From Candidatus Hadarchaeota archaeon (lineage in GTDB: Archaea > Hadarchaeota > Hadarchaeia > Hadarchaeales > JAGGTB01): a DNA stretch of 49,742 nucleotides. Below, piece by piece: positions 34,399-43,566 of this stretch. The number at the start of each line of letters is the position of its first letter. Position 1 is the first letter of the stretch. Both the position numbers and the translations under genes were made by a program. The DNA lies in NCBI GenBank assembly GCA_964510375.1, contig CAZEBR010000007.1, positions 4,895-54,636 on the forward strand, in the 5' to 3' direction. The notes under the pieces are model-generated. The model saw nothing but the letters and a program-made list of their open reading frames with translations, did not search any database and had not been told where the DNA came from.

Positions 34399-37260
34399 CT
34401 AAGATCCCTTGTACCTGCTGAGCAATGATTTCTTTTCCTCTTCCACGACTAAATCCAGAAATTTGTCCGTGATCTCATCTTTTTCCTCCAGAATTCTCTG
34501 TGCTCCCTTCGGAGTGATGCCCTTACCAACTAGGGCCGCGGCCGCCACCTTTCCGTATTCCGAGACTAGATCAGAAGTCCTTTCAATCTTTTTCCACGTC
34601 TTGCTATCCTCGGCCTTCTTGGAACCATCTTTTACCCTATTGAGAGTCCTCCTGACCGATCTTACTTCCTCCCCCACCAACCCGATCCTCTCGGAACCAC
34701 AATTAGGACACGAAGGAGGTTCGCTCAACTCGTGTACTTCCATTATTTCCGTCCAATCCTTGCATTCGGCACAGGCAAAGGTCCGTTCCTCACTCAGCAG
34801 CCTCGATCTGACGGAGGCAAGTATCAGACGTTTCATCCTCTTGGGCGAAACGGGTTCGAACGTCAAGGAGCTCTCTTCCCACGCGGGTTCCGAAATAGGG
34901 GAAGGGCCCGACAGGACCCCCAGGGAATCAATTGAGATCTCCCCGGACTCTATCCTTTTGAGGACCTCAAGTGACTTAGGGAGGTCCAAGTCCTTTCTCA
35001 CGACTTCCTTAAACGTTTCATCGTAGACGGGGGTATTCTTGAGGCCTTTAATCAACTGTTCTACCTCCGAACTTGTCATTTCGGCATCGGACTCCAAAGT
35101 TCCCATCCTACGGGCTATCTGGACTATCCTCCATTTGAAGAAGCGGCTGTCCTCGATAACGTTCTCCAGAGTCCGTTCGAAATCCCTCTCCATCTCCCCC
35201 TTCAGTATTAGCTCGATCTCGTCGGGCGTAAGTCTCTCCGACCTTATCAATATCCTGTACGGATCGATGGTGACCGCAACGGACTCGCCCAATTCGTCGG
35301 CCGCCAGCCTAGCGATAAATCTAGCGAGAGTCCTGTTGACCAAGGTCCCGAAACATGCGTGGACCACGACGGTGTCCTCGGCCTTCTCAAGGACGACTCT
35401 GTCATCCTTAGGCACCGGATATTCCTCCTCGTAGTGATCCTTGACGGGTTGAAGCGATCTTTTCATTGCCCCCTCCTCGAATTCCCAGGACTCGGAAACG
35501 GAATTCAGCGCATCGGAAAAGTCGTTATTCTCGAGCAAGTCCACAAATTCTCCCCTCAGGCTCCCGACTTCTTGCGCCACGGAATAGGGGACCGGTATCT
35601 CCTCACCGACCCAAGAGGGAACCGCACCGACCGGATCGTCTACGGGCTTCACGAATACCTTGTCCTGGTACACCTGGACTATCTTCCAGAGAGAACCACC
35701 CATCACAAATTTCGATCCGGGCTCGCCGTATTCCGCTACGAAGGGCTCGTCCAAAACCCCGACCGCCTCGTCCTTGGTATCGTCGACGACCACGTACTGT
35801 TTGATCTCGGGAATCATTGAAAGGGACCCGAAGTAGTAATCGAAAATCCTACTATTACCGCTGGGGCGGGAGAACACCTCCTCGTCTTCTCGCAGCCAAG
35901 CCAACCTCCTAGTCATGTCCTCCATAAACTTCAACACATCGAGCAGCTCCTCCTTCTCGAGATTTCGGAACGGGTAGGCGCGCTTGACTATCTGATAGGC
36001 GTCCTCGACGTTCCAGTCCTTCGCAGCGACCATCATTCCCACGAGTTCGTGGGAGAGCACGTCCAGAGGTTTTTTCGGAATTTTAACGGGTTCAAGCTCC
36101 CTTTTCCTGGAGCGCTCCGATATCACGACCGACTCCACACCATCGGTGGGGTCCTTGACAATAATCCTTCCCTTCGACATTTCCGTTATCTTATGGCCAC
36201 TCCTGCCCACCCTCTGAAGGAGCCTCGCGACCTGGCGGGGAGAATTGTACTGGATACACAAATCAATTTTACCGACGTCGAGACCGAGTTCCATGGAAGA
36301 AGTACATATCGCCCCTTTGAGATCGCCATTTTTTAGCCTCTCCTCCGTCCTCCTTCTGGCAAATGTAGAGAGCGAACCGTGATGTATACTGACGGGAAAA
36401 TCAATATCCCACATCTTAAACCTGCTGGCAAGCACTTCCGACATCGGTCTAGTGTTTGTAAAAATAAGGGTCGATTCGTGGTCCTCGATAAGGTCTCTCA
36501 TCACGCGAAGCCTCGCTGCAACCTCCGGATAGGTGTAAATTTGAGAGGAGAGGGCCTCATCCTCCTCAGTCACGGCCGGATACAGAACATCGAGATCTAT
36601 ATCCCTAACCATCGAAACATCCACCACTTCGCAGTCTCTGTTCGATCCGACCAAGAAATTGGCAACTTCGTCAGGGGACCCGACCGTAGCCGACAGACCG
36701 ATTATCTGGAAATCGCCTCCTTTCAAGCGGCGCATCCTCTCGAGGGAAAGAGAAAGCTGGGCTCCCCGCTTGTTTCCGGCGAGTTCATGGACTTCGTCTA
36801 TAACGACCCACTTCACCGCCGCGGCGTGTCTGCTTATTCTCTTACCCACGAGGAGAAGCTGGAACGTTTCCGGAGTAGTTATCAGCACGTCCGGAGGACT
36901 CAAAGCCTGTTTCCTCCTCTCACGATCGGGAGTGTCACCGTGCCTTACCGAGACCTTTAAATCCAGTTGCCTGCACCACCACTTCAGGCGGTCTAACATG
37001 TCTCTGTTCAGAGCCCTGAGGGGTGTCACGTAGATTAGCTTTATACCGTCACTTCGGGAGCTTTTCAGAACCTTGTTTAGAATCGGTAGAATTGCTGCTT
37101 CGGTTTTACCCGTTCCAGCCGGAGCTATCAGTAAAGTATTTTTACCGTCTATAATAGGTGGTATGCCCTCTTTCTGGGGCAGAGTGGGTTTTTCAAATCC
37201 TCTCTCCTTGAGCAGATTTCGGAGGGGCTTGGCCAAGCTATCAAACACTTCTTCGGACAT
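34399..37260 (-). CDS. lhr: Lhr-type large superfamily-2 helicase with C-terminal zinc ribbon
   Basis: 953 aa. Motif I APAGTGKTEAA, motif II VIDEVHEL, SATVG, HHGSLS, LQRVGRSGH. Extended Lhr-core C-terminal domains. CAECKD..CPNCGS. Confidence 0.85.
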   Translation of the reverse strand: MSEEVFDSLAKPLRNLLKERGFEKPTLPQKEGIPPIIDGKNTLLIAPAGTGKTEAAILPILNKVLKSSRSDGIKLIYVTPLRALNRDMLDRLKWWCRQLDLKVSVRHGDTPDRERRKQALSPPDVLITTPETFQLLLVGKRISRHAAAVKWVVIDEVHELAGNKRGAQLSLSLERMRRLKGGDFQIIGLSATVGSPDEVANFLVGSNRDCEVVDVSMVRDIDLDVLYPAVTEEDEALSSQIYTYPEVAARLRVMRDLIEDHESTLIFTNTRPMSEVLASRFKMWDIDFPVSIHHGSLSTFARRRTEERLKNGDLKGAICTSSMELGLDVGKIDLCIQYNSPRQVARLLQRVGRSGHKITEMSKGRIIVKDPTDGVESVVISERSRKRELEPVKIPKKPLDVLSHELVGMMVAAKDWNVEDAYQIVKRAYPFRNLEKEELLDVLKFMEDMTRRLAWLREDEEVFSRPSGNSRIFDYYFGSLSMIPEIKQYVVVDDTKDEAVGVLDEPFVAEYGEPGSKFVMGGSLWKIVQVYQDKVFVKPVDDPVGAVPSWVGEEIPVPYSVAQEVGSLRGEFVDLLENNDFSDALNSVSESWEFEEGAMKRSLQPVKDHYEEEYPVPKDDRVVLEKAEDTVVVHACFGTLVNRTLARFIARLAADELGESVAVTIDPYRILIRSERLTPDEIELILKGEMERDFERTLENVIEDSRFFKWRIVQIARRMGTLESDAEMTSSEVEQLIKGLKNTPVYDETFKEVVRKDLDLPKSLEVLKRIESGEISIDSLGVLSGPSPISEPAWEESSLTFEPVSPKRMKRLILASVRSRLLSEERTFACAECKDWTEIMEVHELSEPPSCPNCGSERIGLVGEEVRSVRRTLNRVKDGSKKAEDSKTWKKIERTSDLVSEYGKVAAAALVGKGITPKGAQRILEEKDEITDKFLDLVVEEEKKSLLSRYKGS

Positions 37261-37711
37261 TTTAGGAGGTCACCTATAGGAATCCAGTTATTTTCCTCGC
37301 TTATTAATAAAGATTGAAAAAATCCCTGAAAAATGCAAACGTTCACAGATTTGCACATTTTGAGAAGCCGTTTCAATCTAACCGTTAAAATCGGTCAACG
37401 CTTCCGGAAAAACAATTGGAAAAGGAGGGGAAAACCCCCTCTCCCCCCAGAGCCGAACAGGCAGGATTCCCCGCATAGCCGGAAGCCGCCAAAGGCTGAC
37501 TTGGATAAACAGTTATTCCCTGGATGCGGGAAACTTGGAACCCCCTCACAAATCTCCACATATTCATAAGATATAACGGGGTAATAAAAAGAAAAGAAAT
37601 ATCACTATGTAGTATAACTATATGTGCCTTTTACTCGGGATTTCACTTAAAAGGATATTTCGTTTTCAGCGTTCATTACAGGGAAATTGCCGAAATCCTC
37701 CTTTCAGCAAA

Positions 37712-38617
37712 TCACTTTTCCAACCGATCAAAATAAAGTAAAACCCCTCTCGTACTCATCTCAAGAGATTGGCGGGCAAAGTCCTCTCTTCCAAACAGTT
37801 TAGTCCACTCCGACAGGTATCTATCTTCTATAACTCCTATGACATCCTCATCATCGAGTTCAGATCTCAAGTCTTTGATTTCGGAAACCCAAGCGTTTAA
37901 TTTCTCCCTATACCTATCCATCGTCGTCTTTGGCGTTTCACTCCATCCTTCATGAGTGAACAACAAGCTTGACAAATCCCGATCTTTCAGATCCCTAAGT
38001 ACTCTCATCTCCTCCTCCCTATCAAAACTGGGAGGGGGCGTGGTAGGAATTAACTCGTCCGCCTCGGGAAAGTAAATACCTACCGAATCGCCCACGGCCA
38101 TCGATTTACTCTTGGATTCGTAATAACACACGTGATGCGGGGCATGACCTGGCGTTTCAACAACCTCCAGAGAAAAACCTTTTCCAAGACCGAACTTCTC
38201 TCCTCCAGAAACCGGTACCATGCTATCTTCAGGTATCGGCTTGATGTCGCCCCAGTACTCAAAAAATTCGCCCGTGGCCCTCTTCACGGACCGCTTCAAA
38301 TCTCCGGGACTGTTCAAATACTCGATTCCGGACTCGTGCACAATAACCCTCGCGTTTGGAAACTCATCCAACAAAAATCCCGCACCGCCCGCATGATCCA
38401 TGTGAATGTGCGTGACCGCGATGTAGTCTAGGTTTTCCACTCCTAACTCGGACAAGTCTTCCACTATCTTATCTACTACCATGGAAGTTCCGGACTCTAT
38501 CAGTACCTTCTTATCGGAATCTATCAGAAAACAGTTTCCGGGATCGAGAGCGTAACGCGCCCGACCTACTCTATAGATGTTGTCCAAGTCGTCGACTCTT
38601 TCAAAATTCCCTTCCAT
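37712..38617 (-). CDS. MBL-fold metallo-hydrolase
   Basis: VTHIHMDHAGG (HxHxDH), ETPGHAPHH, later His/Asp ligand positions. Confidence 0.8.
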   Translation of the reverse strand: MEGNFERVDDLDNIYRVGRARYALDPGNCFLIDSDKKVLIESGTSMVVDKIVEDLSELGVENLDYIAVTHIHMDHAGGAGFLLDEFPNARVIVHESGIEYLNSPGDLKRSVKRATGEFFEYWGDIKPIPEDSMVPVSGGEKFGLGKGFSLEVVETPGHAPHHVCYYESKSKSMAVGDSVGIYFPEADELIPTTPPPSFDREEEMRVLRDLKDRDLSSLLFTHEGWSETPKTTMDRYREKLNAWVSEIKDLRSELDDEDVIGVIEDRYLSEWTKLFGREDFARQSLEMSTRGVLLYFDRLEK

Positions 38618-38638
38618 TATTTACCTCTAAAAGCAAAA

Positions 38639-39052
38639 TCATGCCTTATCGTCGATGGCACTATTTGCTAGTTCGTCGGCTTTATAATTATCCTCGCGGG
38701 AGACGTGTTCATAAGAAATTCCCTCAAAATTATCCTCAAGATTTTTCGCTTTTCTGTGGAGATTAATGAGATTATCCGAACGCACCCGATATCGGCCGTT
38801 CATTTGTCGGACCAACAATTGTGAATCGGAGCGGACTTCCACTATATCGACACCTAAACTTTTGCACTCCTCCAAGGCCCTTACCAAAGCAGAATATTCG
38901 GCTTGGTTGTTAGTGAGATCATCGCCAAAATACTCCGAAATCTCCTTTAGAGCATTCCCTTCGGCATCCTCCAACAGGATCCCCCCACCGGAAGGTCCGG
39001 GGTTTCCCCTGGCAGCGCCGTCGATCCAAGCGAGTACCTTTTTCGGCATCAA
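38639..39052 (-). CDS. rnhA: ribonuclease HI (type 1 RNase H)
   Basis: 137 aa. WIDGAARGNPGPSG (Asp), NNQAEYSALVRALE (Glu), VRSDSQLLVRQMNG (Asp), NYKADELAN (Asp). Confidence 0.85.
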   Translation of the reverse strand: MMPKKVLAWIDGAARGNPGPSGGGILLEDAEGNALKEISEYFGDDLTNNQAEYSALVRALEECKSLGVDIVEVRSDSQLLVRQMNGRYRVRSDNLINLHRKAKNLEDNFEGISYEHVSREDNYKADELANSAIDDKA

Positions 39053-39098
39053 TATCTCTCCACAGCTCCAATCAATAATTCGAAGTAGCTACTACTAG

Positions 39099-39383
39099 TC
39101 AGTATCGAACATCAAACTCGGAAAATTCGTCCTGATATTCTTTCCATTCGACCTCGACGTCCTTAACTCTGGCCGAACGGGGGCCTTCGTGGCAAAAATT
39201 TATCATTTCTTTAACTTTTTCCTCGTCCCCTTCAAAGACCGCCTCCACTCGGCCATCGGGAAGGTTTTTGACCCAGCCGGTAACCCCCCGCTTACGGGCC
39301 TCCTTTCTGGTGGTTGCTCTGAAAAATACGCCCTGAACCCGGCCGCTGACGTAGACATGGGCTCTCTTATTCATATTGATCAT
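39099..39383 (-). CDS. acyP: acylphosphatase
   Basis: [41 protein letters not shown]. Confidence 0.9.
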   Translation of the reverse strand: MINMNKRAHVYVSGRVQGVFFRATTRKEARKRGVTGWVKNLPDGRVEAVFEGDEEKVKEMINFCHEGPRSARVKDVEVEWKEYQDEFSEFDVRY

Positions 39384-39427
39384 TGAGAAATACTTGGATT
39401 ATTCCTTAACTTCTTTTCCATCCGCCG

Positions 39428-39979
39428 CTAATCCAGTTTCTTGCCGATAGTCACAAAATTGGGTCCTCCCATATGCAGGACGGGCTCGAAAGTATCCACA
39501 TCGTAGATCTCGGAATCTAAATCGAATACCCTCTCGTCAACCGAGTTGGCCAATACCTTACCGACAAAAATAGTGTGATCCCCCGCTTCCAGCTTATCTT
39601 CGAGCCTGCACTCCATTTTGGCGGCGCACTCTTTTATGGAGGGAGTTTCTACCTCCTGAGATTCCTCGGGCGTAAGGCCAGTCCCTTCGAATTTGTCGAC
39701 TTTTTCACCGGATTTCGAGCCACAGAAAATAACCTCGTTCAAGAGCTCTCCCTCGGGTATGTTGACAACGAACTCCCCGTGATCCGAAATCAAATCGTGT
39801 GAATACCTTTCTTTACCCACGCTAATCGCCACCAAAGGCGGGTCCATAGAGACAGGCATCCCCCACGCAAGCGTTATAATATTGGAATTTTCTCCTTCGT
39901 CGGTGCAGGTAACGAGAACCGTCAATTTTGGATGAAGCAAATGCCGGGACGAACTCCCTGAAAGACTCTTTTCGGTCAC
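39428..39979 (-). CDS. flavin reductase-like FMN-binding domain protein
   Basis: LTVLVTCTDEGENSNIITLAWGMPVSMDPPLVAISVG and GDHTIFVGKV. Confidence 0.75.
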   Translation of the reverse strand: MTEKSLSGSSSRHLLHPKLTVLVTCTDEGENSNIITLAWGMPVSMDPPLVAISVGKERYSHDLISDHGEFVVNIPEGELLNEVIFCGSKSGEKVDKFEGTGLTPEESQEVETPSIKECAAKMECRLEDKLEAGDHTIFVGKVLANSVDERVFDLDSEIYDVDTFEPVLHMGGPNFVTIGKKLD

Positions 39980-40135
39980 AATTATTACCTCATATTATCC
40001 ATTCGAATCTATCCTAATTGATTTTTTGGCGAGGGCTGTACCAACACTACTACTTCCATACGATAACAAAACAAACAAAAACCACCGGAAGGAAAAATGA
40101 AGCCGGATGAAAAAGGTTAAGGAGGTGGATAGGTT

Positions 40136-40264
40136 TTGCCGAGCGTATTTCCAAAGTGTCCCGTTTGTGAGGAAGGCGATCTAGTACCTTTCTCGTTCCA
40201 AGAGGACGTTTTCGAGAAGTGGAAGTGTACAAGCTGCGGGTACGAAGTAAAAAAGAAGGAGTAA
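40136..40264 (+). CDS. 42-aa zinc-ribbon mini-protein (not in ORF track)
   Basis: TTG start 8 nt after GGAGGTG (40121-40127). (M)PSVFPKCPVCEEGDLVPFSFQEDVFEKWKCTSCGYEVKKKE has CPxC..CxxC. An in-frame TAG lies 6 nt upstream of the start. Confidence 0.5.
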   Translation: MPSVFPKCPVCEEGDLVPFSFQEDVFEKWKCTSCGYEVKKKE

Positions 40265-40370
40265 TATCCCGAATAAGCTAGTTATTCCTCAAAAAATTAT
40301 CCATATATCCCATTTTTTAATCTTATATCCATGCGGAATCTTGAACAAACAAAGCTAAGGTTCTAAACAA

Positions 40371-41642
40371 CTAATTTCGTAGTCTTACTGCTGGTTTTGA
40401 CAAGTGTCTACGCGCCTGCGGTGGAACTTCGTAAAGCTTAGTTTCAAGATCCCTGTCGACTTCTATCATCTTCGAGGCCCCGGAAGGCACCTTGGTTCCG
40501 CATTTTTCGCAGACATAACCTTTTCCCTTTCCTGCAGATTTCATCCTCTTACCGCAGTTCTCGCACGCGGGATTGACCTTCTCCTTGACCGGTTCGAGTT
40601 CTAGGATTTCTAGCTTCTCGAGATTTATAGTAAGCGGTAGATTCGGCTTTTCCTTGACTCCACCAAAAACCCTCACCTTATCGCCGGGGACGAGCTTCCT
40701 GACTGTATCCCTAAAACTCTGAGTCGGTTCGAAAGCCGCACAGTTAATCTCGCCCGTATCGTCAGATACCGAGAAAAATACGTGTCCTCCGGTTATCGTC
40801 TCGGGCTCGCTGGAAACTTCTCCCTCGACGACCACGGAAAGGTAAGGCTCCACCTGATCTACACTCATCTCTTGTAGATGATCGTCCGTGCCCTGATTGG
40901 TTCTATACAGCTGAATCCGTTCTACCGGTTCCTGCTCACTTACCAAATCCAAAGCCTCAAAGGCCGCTTCGGAAGTCTCCGATCGTATTCCATAGAGGAT
41001 AGGGCAGGGGGTATGGGGCGTTATGCTGATTTCCCCCGTGTCAAAATCCAAGTTATCGAAGGTTTCGGGATAAGTCACGCCGTTCATATCCTCGACCGAC
41101 TTCTCGTCGACCCTCCGAGGCGTTCCCCTGTTCTCTTCCAACCGATAGGTAATCAGTTCGTAAGTGTAGTCACCCAAAGGATAACCAATCGCGGCGAGAG
41201 CTCCAATTATTCCCCTGCCCTCGCGGAACTTGTGGACCTCGGCCCCTATCCTATCTGCCAACTCCTCGGCTTCTCGGATCGTCACCACATCTCTAACTAC
41301 TCTCCTCGAGTAGGATTCCAACTCTTCAGGGACCTCCGAACCTGGATAGAAAACCACCCCGGGCGTAGTCTCCTCTATATGAAGCTCGGCGAGCTCCTCT
41401 ACTTTCTCCAAGGTAAGTTCCTTGACCTTAGGGACATCGCCCTCCTCCAAATCAAGCGCAAACGAAACGGCACAGTTACCCCTCGTCTTGTACTTCCAGT
41501 TTGGATTCAGCCTGATTAGGCGCGGGCAACCGACAGTCTCTATTCCCAGCTCCTCCAACTCGTCCAGAATCACTGCACCTACATAGGTAGTGCACATGCC
41601 TTCCTTCGAATCCGTATCGTCTATTCCGACGCGTAACAACAT
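40371..41642 (-). CDS. tiaS: tRNA(Ile2) 2-agmatinylcytidine synthetase
   Basis: Start at MLLRVGIDDTDSKEGMCTTYVG (the family-typical N-terminus), an OB-like middle domain, and a C-terminal zinc ribbon CENCGKRM..CEKCG. Confidence 0.85.
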   Translation of the reverse strand: MLLRVGIDDTDSKEGMCTTYVGAVILDELEELGIETVGCPRLIRLNPNWKYKTRGNCAVSFALDLEEGDVPKVKELTLEKVEELAELHIEETTPGVVFYPGSEVPEELESYSRRVVRDVVTIREAEELADRIGAEVHKFREGRGIIGALAAIGYPLGDYTYELITYRLEENRGTPRRVDEKSVEDMNGVTYPETFDNLDFDTGEISITPHTPCPILYGIRSETSEAAFEALDLVSEQEPVERIQLYRTNQGTDDHLQEMSVDQVEPYLSVVVEGEVSSEPETITGGHVFFSVSDDTGEINCAAFEPTQSFRDTVRKLVPGDKVRVFGGVKEKPNLPLTINLEKLEILELEPVKEKVNPACENCGKRMKSAGKGKGYVCEKCGTKVPSGASKMIEVDRDLETKLYEVPPQARRHLSKPAVRLRN

Positions 41643-41718
41643 CGTATCACAATCCTCTCTTGAACAAAATCCATTAAATTCTTGAGTGTAATAACCTACG
41701 GAGCTTTGAGGTCGGCAG

Positions 41719-43557
41719 ATGTCAGGTGACCCATGGGAAAAATTCAGATCGGACGTAACGAATGTGTTAAAGAAGGCCTTTGAGGAACTGAATTGGCCCG
41801 ATAAGGAGATAGAGGCGTCGCTGGAGGAACCTCCCGATCCCTCTCTCGGAGACCTCGCGACAACAGTTTGCTTCGAACTTCCCAAGGAGCTTAAGGAATC
41901 ACCGCAGGACCTATCAAAGAGGCTGGCCGGAAAAGCGGAAGATCAGGGACTCATCGAGGAAATTGAAGCGGAAGGAGGTTACGTTAACTTCTTCGTGGAC
42001 GAAAATAGCCTGACTTCCATGACGATCAAAGAAATAATCGAATCGGGTACCGAATACGGTCACATAGATGACAACGGCAAAAAAACCATAATCGAACACA
42101 CAAGCGTCAATCCCACGAAACCCCTCCATGTGGGGCACGCGAGGAACGCCATAATTGGAGACACCATGGGGAGAGTACTCAAGGCTCGCGGCCACGAGGT
42201 CGAAGTCCAAAACTACATAGACGATCTTGGCCTTCAGGTGGCCCAGACACTCACCGGTTGGGAGAGAGAAAGCTCGGAAGGAAAGTTCGACCATTATCTG
42301 GGAAAGCTCTACGTCGATTTTCACGAAAAGGCCGAAAATGACCCGGCCCTAGAGGAGGAAGCCCGAACCGTGCTCTCCGAGCTCGAAAGCGGTGAGGGAG
42401 AACTTGCCGAGAAAGCCCGAGAGATGACCTCTCGGTGCGTAAAATCAAATCTCGAGACGAGCGACGACTTGAATATAGATTACGACCTGCTCGTCTGGGA
42501 AAGCGACATCACAAGAACGGGGATGCTCGACCAGACCTTGAACCGGCTGAAGAAAACGCCCTATCTGGTGGAGGGGGAAGGAAAGCAAGAAGGCGCGCTA
42601 GTCCTGAAGCTGGAAGATTTCGGGCTGGAGGACAAGGTGATAATCAGGTCCGACGGGACGGCGGTTTACACCGCGAGAGACCTTGCGTACCAGCTCTGGA
42701 AGTTCGGAGAGGTGGACATCGATCTACTCTTCGAACGCCACTCCAGCAGGCCCACCGGAACCGAAACCTACACTACTTCCCCCGAAGGGGAACCCGAAAG
42801 CCGCTTTGGAGGAGCTGATCAAGTGATTAACGTAATCGGAGTTGAACAGAAGTATACCCAAAACGTCGTTTTCTCCGCTCTGAAGATTTTAGGTCTGGAC
42901 GAAGAGTACGAGAACTCCCACCACTTAGCGTACGAACACGTCAGACTCCCCTCGAAGAAATTCAAAGGGAGGGAAGGAACATGGATAGGCTACTCCGTGG
43001 ACGACGTGCTCGAAGAGACGGTATCGAGGGCGAGGAAGGAAGTCGAGAAAAGAAATCCCGAGGCGGACGATAAATTCGTAAAAGAGGCCGCAAGAGCGGT
43101 GGCAGTGGGAGCAGTGAGATACTCCCTCGTGAGGTCATCACCCGAAAAAGAGGTAGTTTTCAAGTGGGACGAGGCGCTGGACTTCGAAAGAAACAGCGGA
43201 CCTGCCATCCAGTACTCTCATGCCAGAGCCTGCAGCATTCTTAGAAAGGGGGAGGACAAAGATCTAGAATATTCCCCGGAGGTATTCAAGAAGGATAAAG
43301 AATATCGGCTCGTGAAAAAACTTTCCAAGTTTCCTCAAATAGTAAAGAAATCCTGCAATCAGCTTCAACCACATCTGTTAGCCACTTATGCATCCGAACT
43401 GGCCCTACTGTTCAATAAATTCTACGAGGTCGCACCAGTACTCAAGGCGGAGAGTGAGGAACTGAGGCAGGCCCGGTACGATTTGGTAAAATGCACCAAA
43501 AAGGTTCTGGAGAACTCGCTGAAACTGCTCGGTATAAAAGCCCCGGAACGAATGTAA
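41719..43557 (+). CDS. argS: arginine--tRNA ligase
   Basis: 612 aa. SVNPTKPLHVGHARNAIIGD (HIGH), class I Rossmann layout, C-terminal anticodon-binding DALR-type helices. Confidence 0.9.
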   Translation: MSGDPWEKFRSDVTNVLKKAFEELNWPDKEIEASLEEPPDPSLGDLATTVCFELPKELKESPQDLSKRLAGKAEDQGLIEEIEAEGGYVNFFVDENSLTSMTIKEIIESGTEYGHIDDNGKKTIIEHTSVNPTKPLHVGHARNAIIGDTMGRVLKARGHEVEVQNYIDDLGLQVAQTLTGWERESSEGKFDHYLGKLYVDFHEKAENDPALEEEARTVLSELESGEGELAEKAREMTSRCVKSNLETSDDLNIDYDLLVWESDITRTGMLDQTLNRLKKTPYLVEGEGKQEGALVLKLEDFGLEDKVIIRSDGTAVYTARDLAYQLWKFGEVDIDLLFERHSSRPTGTETYTTSPEGEPESRFGGADQVINVIGVEQKYTQNVVFSALKILGLDEEYENSHHLAYEHVRLPSKKFKGREGTWIGYSVDDVLEETVSRARKEVEKRNPEADDKFVKEAARAVAVGAVRYSLVRSSPEKEVVFKWDEALDFERNSGPAIQYSHARACSILRKGEDKDLEYSPEVFKKDKEYRLVKKLSKFPQIVKKSCNQLQPHLLATYASELALLFNKFYEVAPVLKAESEELRQARYDLVKCTKKVLENSLKLLGIKAPERM

Positions 43558-43566
43558 AATTAGAAA

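Noticed and set aside
41643-41885. 81-residue N-terminal extension of TiaS in the ORF track, overlapping argS by 167 nt
   Set aside because: The extension is S/G-rich and unlike TiaS. The canonical TiaS N-terminus begins at the Met at 41642, which also removes the overlap.
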